Source: Lama guanicoe (taxonomy: Eukaryota). Taken from it: DNA of 64,000 nt. The notes beneath the pieces were generated by a model. The model was given only the letters and a program-made list of their open reading frames with translations, was not told the DNA's origin and ran no database searches. The stretch is from assembly GCA_013239625.1 (NCBI GenBank), contig MU053574.1:495844-559843 (forward strand). The letters run 5' to 3'. Shown piece by piece: positions 35,717-48,600 of the stretch. Each line of letters starts with the position of its first letter. Position 1 is the stretch's first letter. Both the position numbers and the translations under genes were made by a program.

Positions 35717-38700
35717 CTTGCCGGCAACAGGAATGGAAGAGCAACTACGCACAGCCACGCGGGTGGTTCTCGCACGACGTGTGGGGGAAGAGCAGCCGGA
35801 CACACAAGGTGCGCGCTGCTCAAAACTGGAGTGTTGCCTGGTGGAATGAAGTAGGACACCCTCCCCCAAATGTGGCTGAGAAGCAGATTCAGCCCTCTGC
35901 CCTGGTAACTGGACCTCCTTCCCACCGGGCAAGTCACACGGAAGTCTCCAAGAGGGAGCTTGTCTCAGTGTGACTTGAGCGCACCTGTTACAGCCTCCTG
36001 GGAGCCTTTGCCCGAGCTCGAGCTGTGGGAACTCTCCCGGCCCTTCTCTCTGTCCCTCTCATCCCAAATACCCCCAGACTTGGAGTTCCATTCTTGGCAA
36101 ATTCATCCTTTAGGTTTGGGGCCGTGTGTCTCAGAGTTCCTGTGTTCACCTGCAAGCACCCTAGAGGAGCAGCGAACTCACCCATTACCCCTTCAGCTGC
36201 CCAGTGAGACGAGCTAACTGGCCCCACCCTAGTGCCACCACCATCAACCACAGCAACAGCAGTGTCATGGTGGACCAGGCTCCATGGGGGCGCTTCACAC
36301 CCCCCATCCCCATCCTGCTAACATGCAAAGCAGTCCTATAAAGTGACGACTACCGTCCAGATTTTCAGATGGGAAATGGAGGCCCAGACAGCTGCAGGGC
36401 TTCATTTATCCAAAGCCTCACAGTTCGTGAGTGGCCAAAGCTGGACTGGAACCCATATCTGACCCCACACAGCCTTGCTGCCTCTTGGCATTTAGCATCA
36501 CCTGCCTGGGGAACTCCGTTGTCTTTGCCCACTCACAGAGCTTAGCCCTGCAGACTGGATTTTCCTCATACAGAACAGGTGATTCTAACTTGTTTGCACA
36601 GCACCCTCCGCACACACAGAGTTTGTAACTAGCCTTACGCCCAGGGGAGCCCCAGGTCCAGTCCTCTGTGTCGTATATAGACTGGGGTTATGGGAAGAAC
36701 CGTCATTTCAGTGACCTGGACACGGGACAGCTAAATGAAGCCCAGGTCAGAAATGGAAAAAAAGGAAAATCCAGATCTTGGGTTGGCATTTTGGGGAGAG
36801 CCAACCTGAAGAAGATTCCAGCGGGGCAGCCAGGGAGAACAGGAGTGCTGGGGGTTCCCCGAGAGGCTTCCTGGAGGCAGGAAAGAGGATCCAGCCAGAG
36901 GTGGGAGGGGCTGGCTCTGACCTGGGCCTCCTTCCCAGCTTGTCCTTCTAGAAACCTAGAGAAAAGCTGCCTGGCAGAGGGGTCTGCAGGTCTCTGGGCA
37001 CCTCAGTGAAAGACTGACATACAGGTGCTTGGAGGAGCTCCTGACCCTAAACTTCTAGATGCAGGCAAACTGATTTTGACAGACCTCTAAGATCAGCTGC
37101 CCTTGAAACCCAAGGGAATTTGAGACCTGATGGTATTGGTCACTGGCTTTGCCGTGGCAACCCCACTAGGATAGCCATGAAATTGGTGAGATGTGGCCAC
37201 AAATCTCAGGTTTGATTGGCTACCTGGGACCCCAGGCAGCCTGCCCCTCTAGCCCAGAATAGGATGAGAGATGGCTCTCAGCTGGAATGTTCAAAGGTCC
37301 TGGGGCAGATGGTACGGTTGTTAGACCATGTGAAGGCTGAGAGCACCCTCCCTGTCAGGGATCCCTGGGAACCACACCTTGTTCTTTTTACTACAGAAAT
37401 AAAGAAAGAAACTAGGAAGAGAGTGAACATTTATTGAGCACCTCATATGTGCAAGGCTCATGTACTACCCTGGGGCCTCATTTAGCAAGCCTCTTTGTTG
37501 AGCACTTCCTGTGTCCTGAGAGCTTTTTGTGCTTCTCCCTGAACTCTGCCAACCCCACTGGGAGGTTGGTTTCCCATTTGACAGATGGGAAAACTGAAAC
37601 TTAAAGAGGTTCACTCTTTCCCAAAGCCACCCAGGTAGTAAATGGAAGAGCTGGGGTTAAACTCGGCCCCCTGACATCGTAACTCTGTGCTCACCCACAG
37701 CAGCCCCTCATGACAGCCCTCTAAGGGAGGCCACATTGTTGCTACTGGACAGATGGGGGAAATCAAAGCTCAGAAAGAGACAGGACGATGGATCCCTTTC
37801 AGCCCCCAAATGCCAGCCCTCATTTCTTGTGGCTGAACTCTTAAGTCATCTCATGCAAAACCCTCAAGGTCTTTTAAGAGGCACAACACTTTGCACAACG
37901 GGCAATTGTGAAATATTGGAAACTATTCAAATCTGGCCCACGAGCTGGAATCCCCTGTCGTCCAAGTGTTAGAATCAAGAGGTGAATGTGGGAGAAAAAT
38001 CCCGACTCTTGAGTCGGGCCACCCCGCCCTTCTCGGCAGCTTTCACACTGCGCCTTTTTCTGAGTTTCCTCTGTCACAAAGTGGCTTGGCTGGGATACAG
38101 CTCTGGGTGACAGCTGTCCCCATCAGCAGACAGCTTCATTAAACCTCATTAAGATGTCATCCCTCGCTGCCTTATTTCCCATTTCTCAGCTCTAATTAAA
38201 ACCATCTCTCTCCCCATCCCAGGGGGTCCTGGGATTCTCTGGGCTCCTTCTGCACAGCAGCTCCCTCTGCTCCCCCACGTGAAGGACCAGGCCCTGGAAA
38301 TCTGCACTGAGACCCCGGCTGGGGCAGGCAGCCCCGGCCCGGGAGCCCCCTCGGAGCAGCCAGGTGCCAGGATCAGGACCACTGGGGCTCTCTGGAGGCA
38401 AGGGCAGGTGGCACTTCCCGCAGGCTGCCACCTTGCTCTGAAGTCACCTGAGACCCAGGAAGGAAGGCTCCCAGCCCTGGAACCCTGTCAAAGCCCATTT
38501 TCCTGGGACAACTTCGAAACAAGTGGCCTGACCTCGTAACTCAAGTCTAACAATTCCCCACTCCATCTACTTTTAGAAAGTTTTCTCCAGCCCCTGTTTT
38601 GCACCAAAGGGGCAAACATGGGTGAAATCAGCCGGCTTTGTTTCTTGGATGGACTGAATTGGGGCTCACTCTGGACAAATGGGCTGGTGGTCATTTCTAA

Positions 38701-41387
38701 GATGGGTTTTCTGACTGGGAGCTGGATGCCTGGGTTCTAGACCTACCTTAGACGCTCATCCGTCAGGAGCAAGCCCCAGTAAGGAATCATCCCCACGTTT
38801 TGGCAGCCCCAGAAGAGGGTAGCTCATTAACCCTCTTGTCCGGCGCCTAACTAAATGAGTGTTTGTTCGATAGTTGAAAAGCCTCCACTCACTGTCCTGC
38901 ATTCTGGTAAAATGTAGTTCTGTGAAACCCCAGTTATTGCCTGGTAGTTATTAAATAAATATCTGTATACCGCTCTACCCACACGCACACATCACGGAGG
39001 GGGAGTTCATTATTGTAAAACAACTTAAGATCCTCGAATGAAAAGCACAATATAAATGCAAATTGTGATCATGATTAGCATAGAGGATATTTATTTATTT
39101 CCATAATGAGAACCTCAGATAAACAATCACGGGAAATAAGGTGCATTATGCATCAAAGGACCCCGGCATCGCCTTGGAAGCCAGACGCTCTGAACCGCGT
39201 GTACTGTGTGAGTGGCAGTGTTCTGAACATCGCGTCACGATACTAAAAAGCCGCACACGGGAAGACCACAGCCGTAGACGATCAAAGGCATATAAAACAG
39301 CGTTAAGTGAAAAAAAAACCAGCAGGCTTCAACATTTTACATAGACTCTAGTTATGACCGTGGTAAAAAAAAAAGATTCATTGAAGAAAGATTGCTGGAA
39401 GGAAGCAGAGCAACGTAAGTGACTGTGTGAGGTGTGTCGCTAGAGATGGGGCCTCCTGGGGCCGGGGCTTGTGATTCCACTTTTAGGATTAGAAAGGTCG
39501 AAAGACTGAGTTAAAGCCAAAGTGTCTGTTTTCTGTATACCTGCCAAGGGTCAAAGCGAAGGTTCTTCTCCTGTGAGAGTCTAACTCTGCTGTGAGGTTG
39601 TAATGGGGGCCAAGCTGGCTGCCCCTGGGTTGGGGGGGAGGGGAGGGGGCAGTCGCGGGCCCAGCGGGAAGATACGGGAAGCCAGCAAGTCAATGTCACA
39701 CAGAGCTAGGACCTCGCTCTGCCTCTTCCCGTGTGACCTTGGGCAAGTCACTGGATGTGTCTTGTCGACTTTCCTCACCTGTAAAACCTCCCCAGGCCGA
39801 GGCTTTGAGCCCAATAGCCAGTGGCTTCTGTCACTGTTGTCATTGTTGGGATTGCTAGCGCAGGTCTCCGGCTCAGCCCGCGGGGAGCCCCGGGCCCTGC
39901 GGCCCCCTCGCCAGGCCCCACTGCGCCTGCGCGGCCGCCCCACTCGGCCCCTGCCTGGTTCCCACGGCCGCAGGCTGCCTGTGTTTCGCCGCCTGCCTGG
40001 TTCCTCCATCCTGCGTGGGGCGGCCCCGGCTCCCTCGATGCCGCAGCTGATGGATAGCCCTTGCCGGGCTAGGCGGTCACGGTGACAGGGCCCCCGGTGT
40101 TCCCTCCCCTCCCCCTTGACAGCTTGAAACCAGGTCCTTCATTTGCATTTACATGATCTCGCTGTGCAGCTTATGAGATCGAGAGATTTATTTGCTACTT
40201 AGCTTGATGTTTGATTACACTCGGAGAAGGCAGCGAGCAGCAAAGTGCACGGACGCCCTGCTCTGAGCCTGCGGCCTCGGGGGGCCAGTAACTCAACAGC
40301 AGGTTTAGGTGGATGAGGGGGGAACGTGCAGCAGTTTGAAAAAGGCAAACATGAGAGGTTGGAAGGAACAAACGCCATGATTTGGATTAAAAAAAAAAAA
40401 GCAATGCAAACTGGCTGGGTTATGAACAAACCCAAGTCACTCTCCTGAGGAAGCTCATTGTCCTGCTGAACGAACTCCCAGAAACATCCTCCCGGGCAGA
40501 AGCAGACACTCCTAAAAGAGATGTATCTCCGATGTTGGGAGGCAATGAGAAAGGACTTCTGCTCCCAAGGACGGCTCTCGCATCGGAACATCTGGGTCAA
40601 CACTGCCTCTGCCAAAGGTTCCTGATCTGTGAAATGGGGAAAACTATGCTTTGTCTTGGGTCTGTGGTGAGATGAGAAAATGGGGTGACCCCGCAGCATG
40701 ATGGACACGGAGCGGGTACCCAGTAAATGGAGCATTTATGGGCACAGTTGGTCATTTTCTGAAGACATGACGAATAAAGCTAAACGGAGAGAAATTCCCC
40801 AGTGCAATGCTCTGCCGTCAAGTGTCACCTGACTGTTTTGTGGCTACCCACCGCGTGGGGTTTCATCCCAGCCCCCAGCCAGCCAGCTCCGGATGTGCAC
40901 AGCTGAGCTGTGCTCAAGGAAGGCAGACTCGTTTTCCTAACAGTTTGAGCCAGGCATGATTAGGAGCGGCGATCCGCTGCTGCCAGCCTACACCCCGCCA
41001 CATTCCAGATCCAAACAGAAGTCATCTGGCACATGACTGGGGCTTTAGAGTTTGGTGTTTAAAAACACAAGCTCAGGGCCAAATGACTGGATTGGAATTC
41101 TGGCTTCTCAACTCTGTGTGACCTTGAAAAAGCTGCTGAACCTCTGAGCCTCAGTTTCCTTACCTACAAGATAGGTGTCATGGGGGTCCCCAGCTCATAG
41201 GGTTGTCGGAGCATTTCCTAACGCAGGGGGCGTTCTTAGCAGAGGGCCTGGAAAGTGCCTAATAACAAGTAGTCCTGCACTAGCCAGTAGATGTCATTCG
41301 CCTCTCTGCCGGTGTGAGTCACCATCGTCCCTGCCTCCATTTGTGCAAACAGAAAACTAGCAATAAACGTAATATGTCCATCTGATG

Positions 41388-41946
41388 GTTCTTCCAAAAG
41401 TTAAAAGTAGAATTACCATATGACCCAGCAACTCCACTCGTAAACATAGACCCAGAGGAACTGAAAACAGGTGTTCAAACCAACTTATGTACACACATGT
41501 TCACAGCAGCAGTATTCACGGGAGCCGAAAGATGGAAACCCCCCGAATGTCCACCAACTGATGAATGGAAAAAACGCAGTCTCTCCATATACAGTAGACT
41601 CTTACCCATGAAGAGGAATGCGGTCCTCATATATGCACGAACCTCGGAAACACACGCTAAGGAAAGAAGCCAGATGCCAAGGGCCACATGCTATTTATCT
41701 GAAATGTCCAGAATAGGCAAATCCCTAGAGACAGAAAGCAGACAAGTGGTTGTCTGGGGGGAGGGGAGAATGGGGGGTGACAGCTTAGAGGCTTTGGGAT
41801 TTCCTTTTGGCGTGAGGAACGTGTCTTGGAAGTGGATGGAGGTGTGGACTGCACAGCATTGCAAAGGTCCTAAATGCCACTGAATCGCACACTTACGAAT
41901 GATTAATAGTTAATTTGACGTAAATTTTGTCTTAATAAAAAGAAAA
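41388..41946 (+). mobile_element. L1MB-like 3' end
   Basis: agaattaccatatgacccagcaactccact...gaaatgtccagaataggcaaatcc...aatgccactgaatcgcacactt...aataaaa. Confidence 0.8.
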
Positions 41947-44900
41947 ATTAGTATGTCCACAGGAAGGATATGCCATGCCTCCCATCCCGGCAATTTAGGA
42001 AACTCCTCTCTCTTTGGGATGGGAAAGGAAAGAAATGCAAATGAAGTGGCCACTGCCTCACGGTGGGGCAGCGTGGTCCAAAGACTTCACTCAGCTTCAA
42101 GGAAGTGAGGCTAGGAGGAGGTGGAGGGGAACTCTGGGCTGGGCCATTTCCCACCCGGATCTCGCTGCTCTGATGGTCCCATCGGCAGGATCTGGTCCAG
42201 ACATGTCCGCTCAAGGCGTCTTAGAGCTTCATGAATATTTGAAGGCAAGCCTGCGGACCGGTGGAACTGCATGGACCCCATTTCATCTTCTGCCCCTCCT
42301 TTGTGTGGTGTGGCCTCACTTTTGGGAGGCAGCTAATGGTGGGGGGAGAAGGAACCCTGGACTGCAGGTCCGGAGACTCGGATGCTCACCGTGCCCTGCT
42401 CCTCCCCGCCTCCCGAGGCCCCGCCTCCCCTGTCCTGGGACCGGGACCAGATGAATGACTGTTACTCTGAGCCCTGTACTATCTCACGGCTTGGAGTGGA
42501 GCTCAGAGAGCCTCAGATGGGTGATGAAAAGAGGCTCCCATGCAAAGCCCTCATCCAGAGACAACCGAGTGGCCACTGGGAGGTGTGTTTTATTTGTGGG
42601 GTCTTGACATCAAACCTCTTGGAAGAGAAAGTTCTATGGTTTTAAGAAAAAAAGTAAGAATCACTCAGCTCGGCCATCTCAGAGGTCCTCTCCGCTTCCA
42701 CCTTGTGTAGACAGATGGGATTGGAATGCAGACTCTGGTCCTTCCTCATCAGGACACAGGGGTAACCGTTCCCACCCCAGGGTATAATGACAAGGTTCAG
42801 ACGGGATGCCCGGACTAGGGGTGCCGGGCACTCAGCAGGTGTGCACCAGCTGGGATGGGCTCCCCTCTGCCCCCCTCTCCTGCGTGCCGCCGGTTTGGTA
42901 TCGGAAGAAACACCATCAAGTCTACTTCAGTGTCGCATCAGCAGGAGAAGGCGTATGCTTCCAGATGATGGAGAAGCAACAGAGTAAGAGGCCCCTCTGC
43001 CGAGGCGGGGCTGATGGCAGGAGAAGTAAGTGGCATGTGCATTCGGTCATTTGATCAGTTCAGCTGCCAAGGGTCAAAGCCAGTGGGCCTTAGAGGCATT
43101 AGATGTAAGAAAGAGCCTCCCTACCAAAAAAAAAAAAAGGAAAGGAGGAAAGAAAGAAAGAAAGAAAAAGCAAAAGCAGAGAATGATCTATGTACTTTTC
43201 AAAACTTAAAACAGAAATCAAAGGAAAATGGAACTGTTTTAAGTTTTGACAGCTGCAGGGATCATTCTGTTTGGTTACTCTATTTATGTTTTCATTTTCT
43301 TTATGGATTCATTGAAAATCGCATCATGTAATAGGGAAGAAAAATGTTCAGTGTTTTCTCCCCCCCGATAAACCCTTGTTCCTTCCCGAGAACAGATGAA
43401 AACCCCAGCTCCAGTGACTCCTGCTTTGATGTATATTTCATAATATCTCATTGATTGTAAGTTTGATTTCCATGTCAATAAAAAACCAGTATTGTAATAA
43501 ATGAGAAGGAGTTTAACACAAAATGGCAGCTGACCTGTTAGCATAGCAGATAGCAGAAGCGGAGAAGTGGCTGGAAAATGCAGCCGGCTAATAAGAATGG
43601 CTATTGACTCCGGCACAAGGCTGGGCGCTGGAGGACAGGGTCCCACTGCACCCCCGCCCCTGCCTTCTGCGGGCTTGGGGTTGTTTTCTGATGGCTTCTG
43701 GTTGCCGTTTTACAGGAGGGTGAGGCCAGGCCCTGAGCAGTGCTTCTTTTATTTAGAAGAGGCAGCAGCAGCCACTTACTGGGCGCCGGGCACTGCCCTC
43801 GGTACCTTGGAGCTTTCAGAGATGGATAGTAACCGAGGTGCAGAGGAAGGCGTGCAGGGAGGGAGTTGGAGGATGGTGGCTGATCAAGGAAAAAGACGGG
43901 ACCACAGGAGGCATTAACCACACGCTTTGTTGGTGGCACTTGGACAGGGGCGTCCAAGAGGGAAGTCCCTCACAATATGAGGCTGCCTGGGCGCTTACAG
44001 GAGAAGGGGCCGCCATCCAGAAGGGGAGGAAGGCAGGGGAACTCTGGGGGAGAGGGCGATGGAGGGGTGCCCAGGTATCCGGGTGATGCAGTCAGGTGAG
44101 TCTCTGGGTCTGAGAGTTCAAAGGGCAGCAGCGGCGTGGGGTCTTATGACCACAAGGCTGTATCTTATCAGTGGCCAGATGCTGGTGTAGTTCTAAGGGG
44201 TATGCGAAATGGGGAGGTCCCCAAATGGCTAAAACTCTGCTTGTTTGGGCTACACTCTCTGGGAAGTGGAGCTATGGGGGCAAAAAGCAGAAAAGGCCAG
44301 CTGGCCCGCTGTGAGCCCACAGGAAGGCAAGCGTTTCCAGACAGGGGGAGCCGCACAGGCAGCTTCCCGCCTCGTGACTGTGAAAGGCAGGCAGGAACCA
44401 GGAGCGCTGGGAGGCTGGAGGGCTAAAGGGGAGGGCAAGCCGGGAGGAGAGCCTTGGAGAGGCTGCCTCTCCCCGTCTCTGGCCTCAGTGTTCCCATCTG
44501 TAAAAGGAGGGAGCAGAGCTGATTGGTCTTTGGGCCCCTCTGGCTCTGCCGTTCTCTTTCTGGAGCGTGTCTGGACCCACGTCACTTCAATCTACACTAT
44601 CTGATTCTTTTGTTCAGGAAGCCAGAGCAGCACTGTGGGGAAACTTTAGGGTCAACCTGACCTGGATCCCAGTATCAACTCTCCATCTGTTCGCTCATCT
44701 CTCACACCACCCAGTTAATAGGCCTGGGGTGACGAGAGAACATTCAGTGTCTGTCACATAACAGGCACCGCTAAATATCTGTAGCAGGACTGATGGAGAT
44801 TATTATTGGAAGAAGTTGATGCTCCCTGTCCCATCTCCATCAGCAGCATCTGAGCCTGCTGACCAGCTCATGCCTGCCTGCCCACCTGTACTCAACCAGA

Positions 44901-46409
44901 ATGACCAGAGCAAAGCCAACTGCGTTGCCCTGGGGTGGACCTCTACCCATGGCCTCTCCAGCACAACACACCAGCCACTTTGAGGCCCCTCCCTGGGTTT
45001 GTAGGAAATCCTCTAGCTGCTGAGCTGCGCCAAGTACAAAGGATGGAAAGGATTTGAAGAATGGGTTAATGAAGACCTTGGATCAGTCAGACAAAGCTGG
45101 TCCTCCAAAACCCTCCCGCCTACCCACCCACTCACTCGTGTCTGTATTGACAACTGAAAATGGGAAATGCCAAGGCTCCGTGGTTGGGAGCAAGGAATGA
45201 ACCATGGGAGAGAAGGTCTGAGCTCCCCCAAAGACATCCAGTGCAAAAGACAGCTGAGCGATATTAACTGATATTAACTGAGGACGAGAGCCTGTGCTGT
45301 AAATGACTGAATGGGTAGCTTCTCAGATGGAATCAGACTGCATAACCCAGGTAAAGATTTCAAATATACGGTGTAATTGCTACATGTGAAATCTGTTTGT
45401 ACTTAGCTTTCAGTCTTGGAAATTACCAAGCTCCGTTGCTGCTCCTACCACTAATCATTAAAAAATTAAGAGTGCGAATACCCATTATGGTAAAAGACTC
45501 CAGTGATGGTCTTGATCCAACTGATGAAACAGACGGATTTGGTGCAACTGAATAATTTTCCTCTCCTCTGCACAAAATCAGGAATGCTAGTCATACTCAA
45601 CGGCTGGCGCGAGTGCTTACAAGCTGGTACAGACCAGCCCATAATTACCAAAATAGAAAAAGAACAGCATTTTGTAATGAATGACAAGCGGCTGAGCGGA
45701 AATCTAATTTGGTCTAATTAAGCAGCCTTTTGTGAGGATTTGTCTTCAGATGAAAAGAGGGAGCCGAGGAGATCTAAATGCAAATGAACTCCATCATTTT
45801 GGTTTTAAAGGGCGAGGCTGAGACAGCGTCTTCACGCCTGGCCCTCCTCTTGTTACGTGCTTCGTCCTCTCGGCGTCACCCGAGCCCGCGCCAGGCCCCA
45901 CTTGCCTTGCAGGAGCCTCACGTTTCTTGCCCCTTGCCTCTCAGATCTTTTCAAATAGGCACCTCGGGTCAACAGAGCTGTGAGGGAGCTTTTGCTTATT
46001 TGGGAGCACATTTTATTTTGCCCAAAGTAATAAAAGCCAGTAGGGTTTCGCTTATTAGAGGAATCCGCTGCTGCTCTCTGAGGGCGCACCTCCTGAGGTC
46101 TGGAGGGTTGAATGTACACCCAGTGCAATCAGCACTGGCAGAGCAACTGGGGAGAAACCAATGCTGTGTGGCAACCTGGTGGGGTAGACCAGATATCCGC
46201 CTGAGCTTCCCAGGCTGTTGTCAGCCTGGAGGCTTGAGGCTGGAATGGCCATCTCTTCAGCCAGTCACAGGCTCAATCATCAGACTGGGTGGGTTCTCTC
46301 TGGTCCACAGGGGACTACAACACACACCTCGCCCCACACAGAAATGCTGGCAGAAGCCCCTTAGCTTCACACAGATACTTCAGGGATAAGCAGAGGCCAA
46401 ACGCTTGGC

Positions 46410-47010
46410 TGCTGTCCGGGGGTCATAAGATCACCTTCAGTTTCAATAATTCACTAGGAGGACCCGCAGAGCTCAGAAAAGCCACTCTGCTCGTGGCTGT
46501 GGTTTATTATAGCAAAAGGATCTGGACTCAGATCAGTAAAGAGAAGAGCTACGTGAGGCAGGGTCCAGGAGAGACCAGGCACAGAGTTTCCAGTTGTCCT
46601 CTTCCAGTGGCATGTCTACTTCTTCTGATGTCACTGATGCGTGACAATACGCACAGGGCACTGCCAGCCAGGGAAGCTCACCGAGCCTGGTGCCCAGGCT
46701 TTTGCTGGGGGTTGGCCACACAGACGTGGCTGATCACTCGTGTGGTCGACCTTGACCTCTGGCCCCTCCAGAGGTTGAGCTGACACCGTGTGGCCCAACC
46801 TGCACCCCCTTCATCAATCACACTGTTAGCCTGGACCAGCTGGTGAGACCCAGGCCCCCAGGGAAGCCAGACCCGCTAGGCAGCAGCACGTTCCAAGGGC
46901 TTGGGGGTGGGGGGTTTACTTCCTTGAGGCTGGGCCAAGGCCAGCCCTTGCTCAGAACGTGCAGGATGTGGGCAGTCCAGACCTGCTGAGTTAGGCGTTT
47001 ATGGCACGTC
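46410..47010. mobile_element. MER21-like ERVL LTR
   Basis: aagatcaccttcagtttcaataattcactaggaggac...gagctcagaaaagcc...gggtccaggagagaccaggcac...tccagttgtcctct. Confidence 0.7.
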
Positions 47011-47481
47011 GGCTGGTACCGTTGTCCCAGCTGCCCCTACCAAAGCAGTAAGGCTGTGAGGCTGGTTGGGTTGGGTAGACTGAGAAGAGTGAAAGCGAAG
47101 CCCACTTCCCCACGCCGACTCCACGGCCTCTCCTCTTAGCTTCCTCTTTGTTTTCCAAGAAATTGTGACCTTGGGGGCCTTTTCATCTTCCAAACGGGGA
47201 ACATCTGAACCAGCGAGGGAGCAGGTGGCTGTGGCAGCTCCTCCCCAGCTCAGCCAGCTCAGCGGCCCCTCTTTGAGGCCACGGGCTCAGACCATGAGGG
47301 CCTGCTCCCAGACTGCCCGTCTGAGTCTGCAGCCCGGTGAGTTCAGCCGTCCCCTCCTCATCCCCAGATACCTGCTTTGGCCTCAGAAAGCCCAGGACAG
47401 GGAGCCAGGAGGAGGGTCCCGAACTGAGTGTGGGCAGACGGGGCCACAGAGCATCCTGCAGAGAGAAATAGCGACCCAGAC

Positions 47482-47725
47482 CCATGGGTTGAACCCTAAT
47501 CCCCAGTGTGATGGTGATAGGAGGTGGGGCCTCCGGGAGGTGATGCGGTCATGAGGGTGGAGCCCTCGCAGATGGGACTGGTGCCCTTATAAAGGAGGCC
47601 AGTTAGCCGGCTGTCTGAACCCAAGAACCCAACCTTGCTGGCACCCAGAGCTATGAAAAATAAACGTTTGTGGTTTAAGCCTCCTAGTTTGTGGCAACTC
47701 CTTATAGCAGCTCAAGATAATCTGT
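47482..47725 (+). mobile_element. MLT1A-like LTR fragment
   Basis: ccctaatccccagtgtgatgg...ggtcatgagggtggagccct...gtgcccttataaaggagg. Confidence 0.65.
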
Positions 47726-48149
47726 ATCACGGCTCTGTCTCCAGTGCCTAGAAATAATTCTTGGCATGTAGGTATTCAATAAATCTTTGTTGAATGGTGA
47801 ATGAATGGATGGCTTATCGTAACCTAAGAAGCAGGTCTCCTTTTGTACCAATTTTACAGATATAACACTCAGCAAGGTTACACGCGTGTCCAGGGTCACC
47901 CAGCTAACAGCCAGAGCAGGGCCGAGAGACCAGGCGTGCCTGATGCCAGGCACCCTCTGGCTGGTGATCCTATGATCTCCTACAGGCTTTTCATTGTCCT
48001 GCAGCGCAGAGAAAACCATCAGCTTGATAGGAGGCACCAAGGTAAATGCAAGAGGCTGTTCATGGCTCCAGCTGCCCGAGGCCTGAGGTCAATGTCACAG
48101 CACAGGCAGGTCAGGAAGTCCTCTCTCCTGCCCTGAGCCATCTCTTCTG

Positions 48150-48600
48150 AATTATTCCCCTGTGGCTGATGCAACAAATCATCAAACACTTGGTGGCTAT
48201 AAAGAATGAAAACTTGCTTTTGCTCAGTCCTGGAAGCCAGAAGTCCAAAATCAAGATGTCAGCAGTGCTGGTCCTTCCGAAGGCTCTCGGGCAAGGTGTG
48301 CTCCACGCCTCTCTCCCAGCTTCTGTGGATGTTGGCAGCGCTTGGCGTTCCTTGGCTTATGGATGTCTCACTCCAGTCTCCACATCCATTTTCACATGGC
48401 CTCTTACCCATGTGTCTGTTTCTCACATCTCTCCTCTTTCTAAGTTACTGAATTTGGGATTCACCCTAAATGCTGTAGGGTGTCATCTTGAGTCCTCAAC
48501 TTGATTACATCTGCAAAGACCCTATTTCTAAATAAGGTCGCATTCACAGGCACTGAGGGGTAGGACTTGGATATATCTTGGAGAGACACTCCTCAGTCTT
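48150..48600 (-). mobile_element. MLT1C/D-like LTR (antisense)
   Basis: cagtcctggaagccagaagtccaaaatcaag...attacatctgcaaagaccctatttctaaataaggtcgcattcacagg. Confidence 0.75.

Noticed and set aside
35259..35849. 196-aa ORF
   Set aside because: Chance read-through of a degraded L1ME and MER20.
40840..40960. Possible ortholog of a cassette exon I recall in the long human CFAP77 isoform (SSAV...LAG words on the minus strand)
   Set aside because: Only two short words match, the spacing differs, and in-frame stops flank it. It would need a real alignment.
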